A stretch of DNA of 20,000 bases from Piedraia hortae CBS 480.64 (lineage: Eukaryota): positions 425,289 through 445,288 of the forward strand of contig MU005961.1 of the NCBI GenBank assembly GCA_010093745.1. The letters run 5' to 3'. A program made the translations under genes and the position numbers. Each line of letters begins with the position of its first letter. Positions within the stretch are counted from its first letter, which is position 1. The notes under the pieces were generated by a model. That model was given only the letters and a program-made list of their open reading frames with translations, ran no database searches and was not told the DNA's origin. This document shows, piece by piece, positions 1-9,619 of the stretch.

Positions 1-344
1 CCTATTGCTACCCCCTCCTCCGTGATAACGCACCGGCACAGATGCAACGTTACTGCCAAGCTGAGCCGCTGGGGAATGAGCCACATATGTCTTGCAAGAT
101 CCGACGCTGACCTCACGACTGTCAGCCGCTGAAGAATTTGAGGAAATGCGATTCACCCTACGCACTGAACCCTGATGCACATGCATCTGACTGGATGGCG
201 GAAATTTAAAACGCAGGAAAAGCGAAGAGCTGGGGCAGAACTCTTGCGACCACCAAATCGATGATCCTGGGCCCGAAAACGTTAGTCCCGTTCTGTGCAG
301 GGACTTAAACACTCCATAGATGCCAATTCCACCTCGTAAATCGA

Positions 345-900
345 CGATATGGGGTCTCTCCTCTGGTACCGCTTCAGTGTGGTGGTCTCGAGAAGAAACG
401 GGCAGCGCAACAGAACCGAGCCCCGCGCATACTATGGAATGCGAAGCGTCTTCACCGGAAATAACGGTCTTCTTGGACGAAAGCGTGTAAGCTCCTCGGC
501 GACTGCAAGCGAGGATGGAGCAAGAAGGGTTATCCCTGCACCGATGTGCAGAAGTTTGCTCGCAAAAATCGGTGGAGTGTCCTTCCCGCGCTCACTGCGA
601 GCGACTACCTCAATGATGCGTTGATTATGCGGGAAAGGGTCACGAAGGAGGCTTTTGAGGAGTAGTTTGAGGGCAAACTCCTGCCTCAGCTCCGCCGGGG
701 ACATATAATCGTCCTGGATAACGCATCAATCTATCGGGGTAGCGTTATTATTATCCTCTTCTCCTCGAGTATCTGCTACCATGCACACCCAACCTTCACC
801 CAACCAAGCAGTCCTTCAATGTTTCAAAACGCTGGTTAAAGAGGAACATCGGCAAGGCCAAACCGTTCGCCGATTTTGGGTTGTTCTTGGTGCACCTCTT
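345..900 (+). mobile_element. Degenerate IS630/Tc1-mariner (DDE_3-type) transposase relic with frameshifts and stops
   Basis: Hand translation gives the DDE_3 motifs in the expected order across frames. VFLDES is at 467-484. RGWSKKGYP...RWSVLPALT...F.E*FEGKLLPQL..GHIIVLDNASIY runs 510-734 with an in-frame TAG at 663. LEYLLPCTPNLHPTKQSFNVSKRWLKRN starts at 764 (cf. consensus YLPPYSPDLNPIEQSF..LK.W..R). The third catalytic E is replaced by K. Element ends were not found, so boundaries are approximate. Confidence 0.88.
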
Positions 901-1899
901 GTTGCTGATACTCACGCTTTATTTTTCATTCGTGATCGTTCATGAGCAAAATGGAACCCCCTGCTCGCACTCCTCCCAGCACTCCTACGAGAGATACTCA
1001 AAGTGCAATTCAGTACCGGCCCGGTTTGGGATTGTTTTGTCCTGATGGCCACGGTTGTCCATGATCCTCAGATAGGCGAGGAGACAACCTTGTTGTGTGT
1101 ATTTGGAGTACAAATTTAAAAACAAACACGCTCTGCGACAAAAAATGGGGCCCAAACACTCTCAAAAGTGCTTTGAGTTATACACCATTTTATAACTGAC
1201 ACTTAACATTCCACAAGTAGTATGATGAATGAAACGGTGCAGGTATCGTCTGCAGTCTTGAAATCATCGATAATCGGGCTCAACTTTTGAAACAGTGTTT
1301 GGATGATGTTTAGGTATCACACTGTTGAGATCTAGGTACACGCTGACGTACCATGGAGCAATCGACGAATGCCAAACAAATGTCGAAATTTCAGGTAAAA
1401 ATAGGTTGGTGTAACGTGCCATACCCTCCTCAAATATCTTCGCTTACCCACCAGTAGCGTTGAGCTTATCTTCGCAGCCTGAGTAATTCTCCGGTGACTG
1501 GCAGCTGCATATAGATACAAGGTGAGCATTGAAGTTTCACCCAACATGAGCGTAAGCCTGCCACTTATACAGCTATGAATCTAGAGGAACTGGGCACTCA
1601 TACAATCAGTGGAACACGTGATATTCGAGAATCAAGGCTGATTATTGTTCTGGAAACATATATACGACACTAATTGTGTCGCACTGTTCCGACTGGTTAT
1701 ACATTATATCCTTGGCCTCGTAAATTTAGCTTGACAAGAGTCTGCCTGCGTGTTGGAAAGTCAAGCTTGGCGCGCAGAATTCTTGGCACTCTCAAAAGCC
1801 CAAAATTTGCGACTTCTCAATCACTCATCTCTCTGACAATAACTTTTCAGCCAACAAATTCTCTAAAAGCAACTCATCAATATCTCACTTATCATCACA

Positions 1900-2354
1900 T
1901 AACCCCCATCACGTTATCTCACTCCCATAGCGCAAAACCCTACTTCCACTACCGAGCACCGTTCCGGCCAAACCCCGATCCCTCGCCTTGAGAGTCACCC
2001 CAAGCCTCCAATGTCCTCACAGCACTCATCACTGTCCCCCTGAACCTCTGACAATTCAATCTATCCCAACTTATCATCCAAACCCCAGACCTCGAGCGCA
2101 CAAAACACCCCATGACCCTCGCAGGCAAACTCTACGCCCTCCATCGAATCTACCACCTTCAAACCCAAATAACCTGACGACCCTTCGTCACCACCTCTCA
2201 TCTCGACATCGCCGAACTGATCAGCGAGTTTTTCGCGCACTTCTACGAAGAAGATACAGAAACCCTCCAAATCCCCGTCGGGCGCTTTCCTCAAACGGTC
2301 GAATAATTACCCGGAGATAAGCCCGCATCCTACTCTGCGAGAGACAGATGTTAA
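1900..2354 (+). pseudogene. Possible pseudogene fragment, unknown product
   Basis: One frame reads as protein-like sequence (…QFNLSQLIIQTPDLERTKHPMTLAGKLYALHRIYHLQTQIT*RPFVTTSHLDIAELISEFFAHFYEEDTETLQIPVGRF…) with in-frame stops at 1989, 2049, 2175 (TGA) and 2304 (TAA). It has the C-rich composition seen at the 5' ends of intact genes in this window. No family recognised. Confidence 0.3.
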
Positions 2355-2431
2355 TGTTCTATTACTTGGCGAATTTTCATCCATCATCCTATCTATTCGT
2401 CGGGACTGGGCCCAAAATCAAGGGCTAAAAC

Positions 2432-3695
2432 ATGATTGGTGCGATCAAGGAGGATTTAGCCCGACCTCAGCAAGGAGTGGTGACATTTATACCCGAGCGT
2501 CCGGCAAAACGACTTTTTACCGAAGACATTGTAATGAGACAGGTCGATAACTCTGAAACTTCCATTCTCAGTGGTCACAAGCTGCCGAGCAATCTTTAGT
2601 GTCGAGTGTGTTTGAGTGATCGGTCATTGATAGCGAGGTGGCGCGATTTGATCACCTTTGGTACCTTACGTGTTTCGAGCGTGACCAGAGCTTGGGACCA
2701 GGACAGTAGTCCACAAGGCAAGGCCAAAGCGGACAAGGCAGTAATCAAGCTGCCCTTGACCCCGATGTACAAGATCCATGGCTTTGGCCCTCACAAGAAT
2801 TTTCCCTACGAGGATTGGCACTGCAGTCTCCTTGGGTATGTTGAAATTCTTCGAAACCAGACTTTCAACAACTAGGCGGTCACATCAGATCTGGAGGAGT
2901 TGGCAGTGCGGGCGGTTGCCATCAATCGCGATGGCATTCATAGCATGAACACCGCTCAGTGGTTCACGGACTGAAAGAAGACTTTGCTGGGCGGTGACTT
3001 TCGGACGCACATAGAGGCTCTCCTGTTGGTCCTTGTCTCCTTCTACGCCTCGAAAGGGCGCCTTTCGGAGGTCCGACAACTTCTGCATCTGTGGTGTACT
3101 GCGGCGAGGCTAACGAAACTTCACTGGGCCACCCACATCGAAAATCTCGGCTCGTGGTCTAATGTTGTCGAAATGTGCTCTAAGGACATGATAAGGACCT
3201 GGGCTGAGCTCTGTGGGCTGAGCGAGATCCAGGGAAAAACCAAACTTCACATGTCGTGTCATGTGGCTCTGTCTGCTAGGAGGTTCGGGCCGCCATTGAG
3301 TGCCATTATTGAGACACAGGAGTGTGATGATAAAAACTGGCACGAAAATGCTGGTCACACTAATTGTCACACCCTTCCACTGCAAACCGCGCGAAAGTAC
3401 GCCATCACAGCCGGGCATGTTCACATTGCTCCCGGAAGTTAGTGGTGTGTTGACAAACACTTTCCAGGAGCTTTATGGCCTCACTTGGCAGGCTAGGGAA
3501 TACAAGGAGTACAACTGAGTCAGTGGGCCGCTTGACTGTCTTGTCGGGTCGTTTTTGCGGTGCACTGGCCGCGGGGCATCTGTATTTGGCGTCAAGTACT
3601 TCCTCCGCCACACTCAGTGGTTCATCGGGGTGGCTTCGCTGGAAGAATGGACAGAGTCCTCGTTACAGACCGAAGAGGAGATATTTTGTGGCTAA
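2432..3695 (+). pseudogene. Stop-interrupted pseudogene (~400 codons) with a weakly F-box-like N-terminus
   Basis: ATG at 2432 (aaacATG) opens a frame that continues to 3442 with only three internal stops (TAG 2597, TAG 2873, TGA 2972), joining track ORFs 2606-2875 and 2984-3442. It probably shifts into the frame of 3300-3518 and runs to ~3695. The N-terminal AKRLFTEDIVMRQV loosely resembles the L..EDI..R.V part of F-box motifs (weak inference). Confidence 0.45.
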
Positions 3696-4237
3696 AGGCT
3701 ACACAGTCTTGACCTCAGCTGGTCATCACACCTAATGTCTCATAGAAGACGTCTCGGATGTTTTGAATGTTCTAAACTTATGTGGCCGTGGTTGCAAAGT
3801 GACGTGGACAATATCGGCACGGATTGTGGAGGACGTGCCTCAGTAAAAAGCGATGTCGGCCAGTAGTGCCCAAGTATGATGGAACCGTATGCAAAGTGTT
3901 TGCAGGAATAACTAGTGAACAATAGTTCATTATTGCGCACTAGCGTGGGGAATTTGGATGTGTCACCCTGCCTTGTTACACTATCCCCGCAATAGTAAAC
4001 TAGTGGCGCAATATCGTGCGGGGTTGGGCTGTGTACCCTAATCGGCACGTGTTCCAGTCACTGGCTAAAGTACGATCAACCAGTTCAGGGAACCGGTCCG
4101 TTCCCTCCTGCGCACTTGTTACGATATCAAATTCCCTGCCTAACGTTTTCCTCTCCTCCCACACTACAACTCTCGATCCGAAACCCACACGGAGGCAATT
4201 ATCTTCTGCAACCCCACTCTTCTCGACAACGGTCAAA

Positions 4238-4594
4238 ATGTCCCAGCACGCTATAAATAACCACAGGCCTCCCCCCAAGGATGACAACAAGTCCCCCTCC
4301 AACGACGCCACCAAATTTCCGTCCAAGGATGTCACCAACTCTCCTCCCAATGAAGCCCATGTCGGAGACTTTTCCGAAGAGCAGTTTGAGGAACTCGTAC
4401 GCCTGATGGGCATGTCTTCCGCCTGGGATGCAGCGAGATGTTTGACGGGTATAAAGAAGAGCAAGACAGCACAGATGGCGCTTTTCGCTGAGCTTAAGAA
4501 ACAATATAAGAACGAACGTGGCAATGGCAACGAGGGCTCTCCCAAAGATGGAGGGGGGCAAGGTTCCAATGGCAACCGCGGCTCTTCGGGCTAG
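4238..4594 (+). CDS. Small hypothetical protein (118 aa) with 8-aa repeats, a helical middle and a Gly/Asn/Ser-rich tail
   Basis: ATG in good fungal context (gtcaaaATGtcc) after a pyrimidine-rich leader, open to TAG 4592-4594. It contains in-frame 24-bp repeats and shows the 5' C-rich / 3' G-rich pattern of other genes here. Confidence 0.55.
   Translation: MSQHAINNHRPPPKDDNKSPSNDATKFPSKDVTNSPPNEAHVGDFSEEQFEELVRLMGMSSAWDAARCLTGIKKSKTAQMALFAELKKQYKNERGNGNEGSPKDGGGQGSNGNRGSSG
4271..4357 (+). repeat. Degenerate 24-bp tandem repeat, ~3.5 units, coding PPKDDNKS/PSNDATKF/PSKDVTNS/PPNEA
   Basis: Units: ccccccaaggatgacaacaagtcc (4271), ccctccaacgacgccaccaaattt (4295), ccgtccaaggatgtcaccaactct (4319), cctcccaatgaagcc (4343). 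Confidence 0.75.
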
Positions 4595-4705
4595 AATTGC
4601 GGACATGGTTAGCATCCTGTATTGTGCTGAGTATGATATGGGCTGAACGGAAAATGAGAGTGTAGACCTAGATTGCCCTGCATCGTCGTCGGGCTGACTG
4701 ATCTC

Positions 4706-4955
4706 TGTTGGAGTCAAGCATCGCCGTTAGCGCGTATGCGGGGCACTTGCATAGCAAGCCAGCGATACCTCGTACACTACCAGCTGCACCCTAGGTGTTT
4801 TCCCTCACAGAGGTTTACCCTCAGGGTCATGTCATATGTGACATGGCGAATGCGCCCTGCTAGTGTACGATGTGACGTCACCTGCTTAACGGCACAGAAT
4901 AATTATTCTGACGTCCCCTCGTAGAGATATAGTTACTCAAACTGTCATATCGACA
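4706..4955. repeat. Dispersed LTR-like repeat, copy A (may extend to 5075)
   Basis: Direct-repeat homology to 7790-8091; core 4784-4866 vs 7856-7936 differs at about 9 of ~83 positions. Homology starts at TGTTGG in both copies and ends near ...ACA (4955/8091). It is preceded by ATCTC (4701-4705) and followed by TGGTAG at 4957. The LTR interpretation is less certain than the repeat itself. Confidence 0.8.
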
Positions 4956-6019
4956 CTGGTAGTGACTCCTCGCCGCCTGCATCTTTTCTGTCCCTGTCGT
5001 TGATCTCCGTCTATCGCTACGTCCTCCTAATTCGGGCCGCTGCGCACTCCCATCCACGACATTACTATCGCTACAATCTCTTTCTGTAGATCTCATGTGC
5101 TCGTAGAGATTTCGGCTCTTTGCGAGAGTGGGCCCTGTAGGTCTCGGCATCGTGTGGATGGCTAGATCACTGCCTTTAATGTTGATCGAATGAACAAAAT
5201 CAGATCGGGCAGAAGACACCAGATAGGAAAGAGGGTGGGCATGGGGGTTGACCAGTATGTCTCATTACACTGTACAAACAATCGAGTCTGTTTGCTGGCT
5301 TGAGTGGAATACTTCTAGCAAAGAAAGCGGGCTCCGCAGAACTTTGCTCTCGAACGCGCTGGATTTTTTACAGAGCTCTCGCGTAAACCACCCACGCAAA
5401 GCGTCAGTTAAGTAGAGTTAAAGACAAGGCTGTGGAGGAAGAGGACGAAAGAAATGTAGCATCTTCCATGCTCGGTAGGAACAAGACCATTATAGCTTTA
5501 CGACCTCCCGAGGATGATGATGTAGAATCCCAATGTTCATGAACGCAAGTCTATTGTCCTCAGTGGGGCTTTTGTATCGCGTTCTCGCATTGCTAGATAC
5601 ACTAAGCTTCAAACGAGCTGCCGGGATCTTTGAGCGTAGGCTGGCGCAATCTTTCGTCCTTACAAACATTCCGTGATTGTGACACCAACTGCGCTGAGAG
5701 GTTATCTGCTCAAAGGGTCTGCTCGACAAGAGTTGGCGATGGCAAGGGTGCAGTGATCTTTTCATAGCGCGCAGTCCAATAAAAACCTCCTCAAAAGGAT
5801 TGTTATCATCGAGATGTCTTTCGAAAATCCAACTAAAATCTTGTGTCAGGTGAACTTCCTAGCGCGCTTGCACCATCCACAACAAAGCTTCACACAACGT
5901 CCGTGCACTGCCCCACAAAACCTACCAAAAAATCCTGCTTCCTCTTCTTCCTCTCCACAACACAACACCCGCAATCATCAATCCACAACACAGCATCTCC
6001 AAACATCAATCCACCCACA

Positions 6020-6547
6020 ATGCGAACACACGTCACCCCCCGGGGCCCAGTCCCAGTGATCAACCAAGACCCCGTCCACTGCCACTGCGACGGTCACGAT
6101 TTCTTCGTCCCACGACGAATTCTCAATCATATGGGCCTCTGTCGCGCGCAACTCTCCTCAATGGATACGCTAGGTGCAGTCCCCAACGCGCCGGTGGCTC
6201 TACCCATTCACAAAGTATCTTACCACGAAATCTACTTCGTTATGCAATGGTGCAGTGCTCACGTTGGTGATGAGATTCGGAGCAGGGAGATGAGAGAGGT
6301 TTTGCGTCAGCCGTACAGCAATATTGCGGATGCGTGTCCTGCGTTTACGGAGAGTGATCATATTTATTTTGCAAGATTGTCGCCAAGCGGACTGGCGAGG
6401 GTGATTAGTGCCGCATATGAGTTGGAGGTGGAGGGATTGGTATTGCAGGGTACAAAGGTGCTGGCTGAGAGGGTTAGAGGAATATCGCCGGGGGATATTA
6501 AGAGGCTTATTGTTGATGGAGGGGGGGTCCGTGGGCCAAGGGGGTGA
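6020..6547 (+). CDS. Divergent Skp1-family (POZ + Skp1 C-terminal) protein, 175 aa, intronless
   Basis: First ATG (cacaATG) in ORF 5843-6547. Colinear Skp1 hallmarks: CDGHDFFVPRRI (cf. SDG..F.V...V), LPIHKVSYHEIYFVMQWCSAH (cf. IPIPNV....L.KVIEWCEHH), ESDHIYF (cf. EWD..F) and LARVISAAYELEVEGLVLQGTKVLAERVRGISPGDIKRLI (cf. [38 protein letters not shown]). Confidence 0.85.
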   Translation: MRTHVTPRGPVPVINQDPVHCHCDGHDFFVPRRILNHMGLCRAQLSSMDTLGAVPNAPVALPIHKVSYHEIYFVMQWCSAHVGDEIRSREMREVLRQPYSNIADACPAFTESDHIYFARLSPSGLARVISAAYELEVEGLVLQGTKVLAERVRGISPGDIKRLIVDGGGVRGPRG

Positions 6548-7789
6548 GCGGGAGAGGGTTTATCAGCTAAGGGTCGGGATGAGTAGGGGGCGTTCTTCGG
6601 GAGGAGGAAAGGGATTGGATGGGAGTGGGTTACTTGGCGTCTTTACAGACTCTGTTGCAGGAGCTTGGTCATGCGACGCGTATTGTTAGTGTCTGGTATC
6701 ATGATGATGCCCACTTATTCTATATCGTTTTCCACGGTGAGCAGTATATCTTGGTATCCAGTAGTAATACGGCTTTAGCATCGCTGTAAGCCACTATCCA
6801 GAGTACATACATTTGGCAAGTAATTGTCCTCGTATCGGCATCGTAGCTTTGCGGACCTGGGACAAACGATACCTTCGCACAAGCCAGTACTTCTGGAAAG
6901 TCCCAGGTTGCGCTCCGAAGTGAGTTCGTACATGTGCACGTTATGGGAAAGACTTTGCAACAAGGCCGTAAGAACTCGGGCAGGCATCTTGAGGAAGAGG
7001 CAAGCTCTGCTATACACCACCACTAGTAAATCCCTTATGAAGATCGGTCAGGACAGCATCCCCACAATGCTGGGCCAGTAATAAAGATATTACAGCGCCA
7101 TTATGAGTCCAATCATCATTCTAAAAAGATCACCGAAGGGCCACCATGCGAAAGCCAATTTCTTCAAACACCCAACAGACACAACATCGAAGTCGTCCAC
7201 CAGAGCCTGTGGACTTAAAATCCCGCAGATCGTCCGACCGACCCAAGCCTGCGAATTGAATGCTCACAACATAACTGCGAGTGGAAACGACCTCGGCACA
7301 TCGTGCATCTTTCCCTTCCCCTCAAAGGGCTAAGAAACCTTGCCGCCATGAAGGCATTCGCCGCAAGAAATTCTGTGTCAAAGTGCCACAGGAGAGAGGC
7401 TCCTGCAGCTTTCCCCCCACGAACCTCGCATCTAACAGAAGCATCAGCTTGCTAAAGGCGCCTGTGGCGAGAAATTCGTTCAAAGCGGTCAAGTGCCACG
7501 TAGTCTGTTCCCCACGGCTTCAGCTTAACGCAGTGTCTCTCTCAAACTGCGGAGATGTTCACACCAGCTTTGGGCCCCTACCTTCGACAGCCACTTTTAG
7601 CTCTCAATCAACTACTGGCAACGCGCAAACACTTACCCTCCGGGATCTTCAACAACGTGGTTTGACCACGGCAGTGGAGAGTCGCAACGCCTTATCTACC
7701 CCAAATTTCTTCCTCGCATGGCGCTCGCAACCAGATCCCACCTCCAGTTGGAAGATCTCAGCTTAAGGTCCAGATGTGCACGCAATTTC

Positions 7790-8091
7790 TGTTGGCATGG
7801 AGCCTCGTTGCTATAAGTATACGATGCCACTACGCGACACCTCTTACACCAGCAACTGCACCCTAGGTTTTGTCCTCATAGAGGTTTCCCTCAGGGTCAT
7901 GTCGCATGCGACATGGCGAATGCGCCCTGCTACTGTTTGAGGTGAGTCATGGAGTAAGACTGCATGTATGACCACTTGCTTACGGTCATACGATTGATGG
8001 CTCTTCATACGAGGCTACGCACAGGCCTTCCAGCCCATAATATATTCTCTGATGTCCCCCTCGCAGATACACTTGTACTCACTCATACACA
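7790..8091. repeat. Dispersed LTR-like repeat, copy B
   Basis: Homologous to 4706-4955 in the same orientation, with extra internal sequence (~7950-8030) absent from copy A. Begins TGTTGG and ends ...TACACA. Confidence 0.8.
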
Positions 8092-9619
8092 AATCTCTAC
8101 TCCCCATCCATCGTTCTCATTTGCACATACCATCTTTTTTTCCAGTTTCCTACAAGGCGAGTAACCTCCAGCTTGACATTCGCAAATGCCATGTTCTCGT
8201 GAAGTAAAGGTGAAAATGCCCTTAATCAATACTGACGGCCGAAGTTTTGCTGCAAGCAACAGTTCGCATCCGACGCGTTGTTAATATTATTTCATTTCCT
8301 CACGCCTTTCATTCGAGAAGTTGCCCAGTGGCCCACTTCAAGGCTCCTAGAACGTTGAACCCAATTAATAAATTGGTTAGATGGACGGCCCCACCCCAAA
8401 ACCGAATTGATCGAACACGTCGAGCTATGAACATGTCCTCCAATTGAAAGTTTGTCCGGCAGCCCCTTACACCTCCCGAAGCGTTAGCATTGGTCACCCA
8501 TTCTTTCCCGGCGCGACGCAACTCCAGAATAGCTTGCTGACGGTTCGACACCTTAACATAGTCTCGGCGGCCCCTTGAACACCTCAGGAAGTCAGAGCTT
8601 GCTATGGCATGTGTGAAGACGACTTTCCCAAGTTGTATCATAGCTTGTCAATCAGCCCAGTCATCCTGATCTCTGGCGTCGAGGTTAGGAAAGATATCCT
8701 GGGAATTCATACTCCCCTCCCCGCGCTTTGTGTTGACAAGTTAGCAGATTGGTTCGGTGGACGGCCCATACAAGAGAACATGTTGATGGTCAACCGAACG
8801 CGCCCTCATTCATTCCCAACCTCCAATGCTCACGAACCAAAGCGCTTCGTCGGAGGAGACGCCACGTCAACACAACATCGAAACCAAACAAGACGAGCAA
8901 TTTTGCAAGAATGACACTATGTCATCGCCCCATTAGCTCGTGCAGCTGACGAGCTCCCGCCATATGCTGCGTGACCACGCTCCCCGAATGCCTAAGTGTA
9001 CGGAACAACAGATTATCTCCCTAGTATGGAGAGAATCTAGGTTCGGTGAAGGGAGAGGAGGCGGGTTGGATTGAGGGATGCTATGCAGTAGAGAACCGCG
9101 AAGGAGTTTGATAGGGATAATGGAATAATGGGGTTGTTTCTGGGAGGAATGAGTTAAATTGTATATAATTTTTTGCTCATGGACAGCCGAACATATTGAA
9201 CCCACTCTTATTTGGCAGGAGAATCTCTGTACTGGTGAACTTTTGTGAATCGAAGCCACCAAAGAGTGTACTCTCCATTCCTCGCTCAAATATCCAGACA
9301 CAGACGTGTTGAAATCATTACTTGCTGGTAGACCGAGCGGATTTTTCCGAGGCTAAGATGGAAATTTGTGGGGCAGGTTGACTTGGCAGGTTACTTGTGG
9401 GGACTTGGACCCCAAATCACGCGTACGAATGCCCCACTGAGCCAGATACATCCAAAACAGACGTTGCCTCAGCTTCACAATGCACATCCTTTGAACATCG
9501 AAGGATCACAAACCTATCCATCACCATGTCTCCAGTACCTCACTCCGCAGTAGCGAAACCCCGCATGCAAAACGAGCATCGCGCAACAGCGGAGCTAACC
9601 CCTCCCCCAAATCCTATCA

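Noticed and set aside
1005..1180. Possible transposon terminal inverted repeat (CAGTACCGG at 1011; GGAGTA ~1105) and a 12-mer CACTCTCAAAAG repeated at ~1157 and ~1787
   Set aside because: No partner TIR or TA target duplication can be shown within the window, and the short match could be chance.
1989..2177. Three in-frame TGA codons as recoding (Sec/Trp read-through)
   Set aside because: The frame also has TAA stops, intact genes here use TGA as a stop, and pseudogenisation is the simpler explanation.
4784..4860. HDV-like ribozyme suggested by hairpin + GGCGAATG (resembles HDV P4 and J4/2)
   Set aside because: Could not build the required P1/P2/P3/L3 nested pseudoknot in either copy: no convincing P1 partner and no adequate P2 5' strand next to a UYCHCG loop.
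4784..4860. tRNA-like cloverleaf
   Set aside because: Loops are 3-4 nt, with no D-loop GG, no TTC T-loop and no 7-nt anticodon loop.
7856..7900. Hammerhead-like words on the minus strand (CTGAGGG…GAGGACAAAAC)
   Set aside because: The core is not CUGANGA/GAAA, and the residue at the would-be cleavage site is G in both copies.
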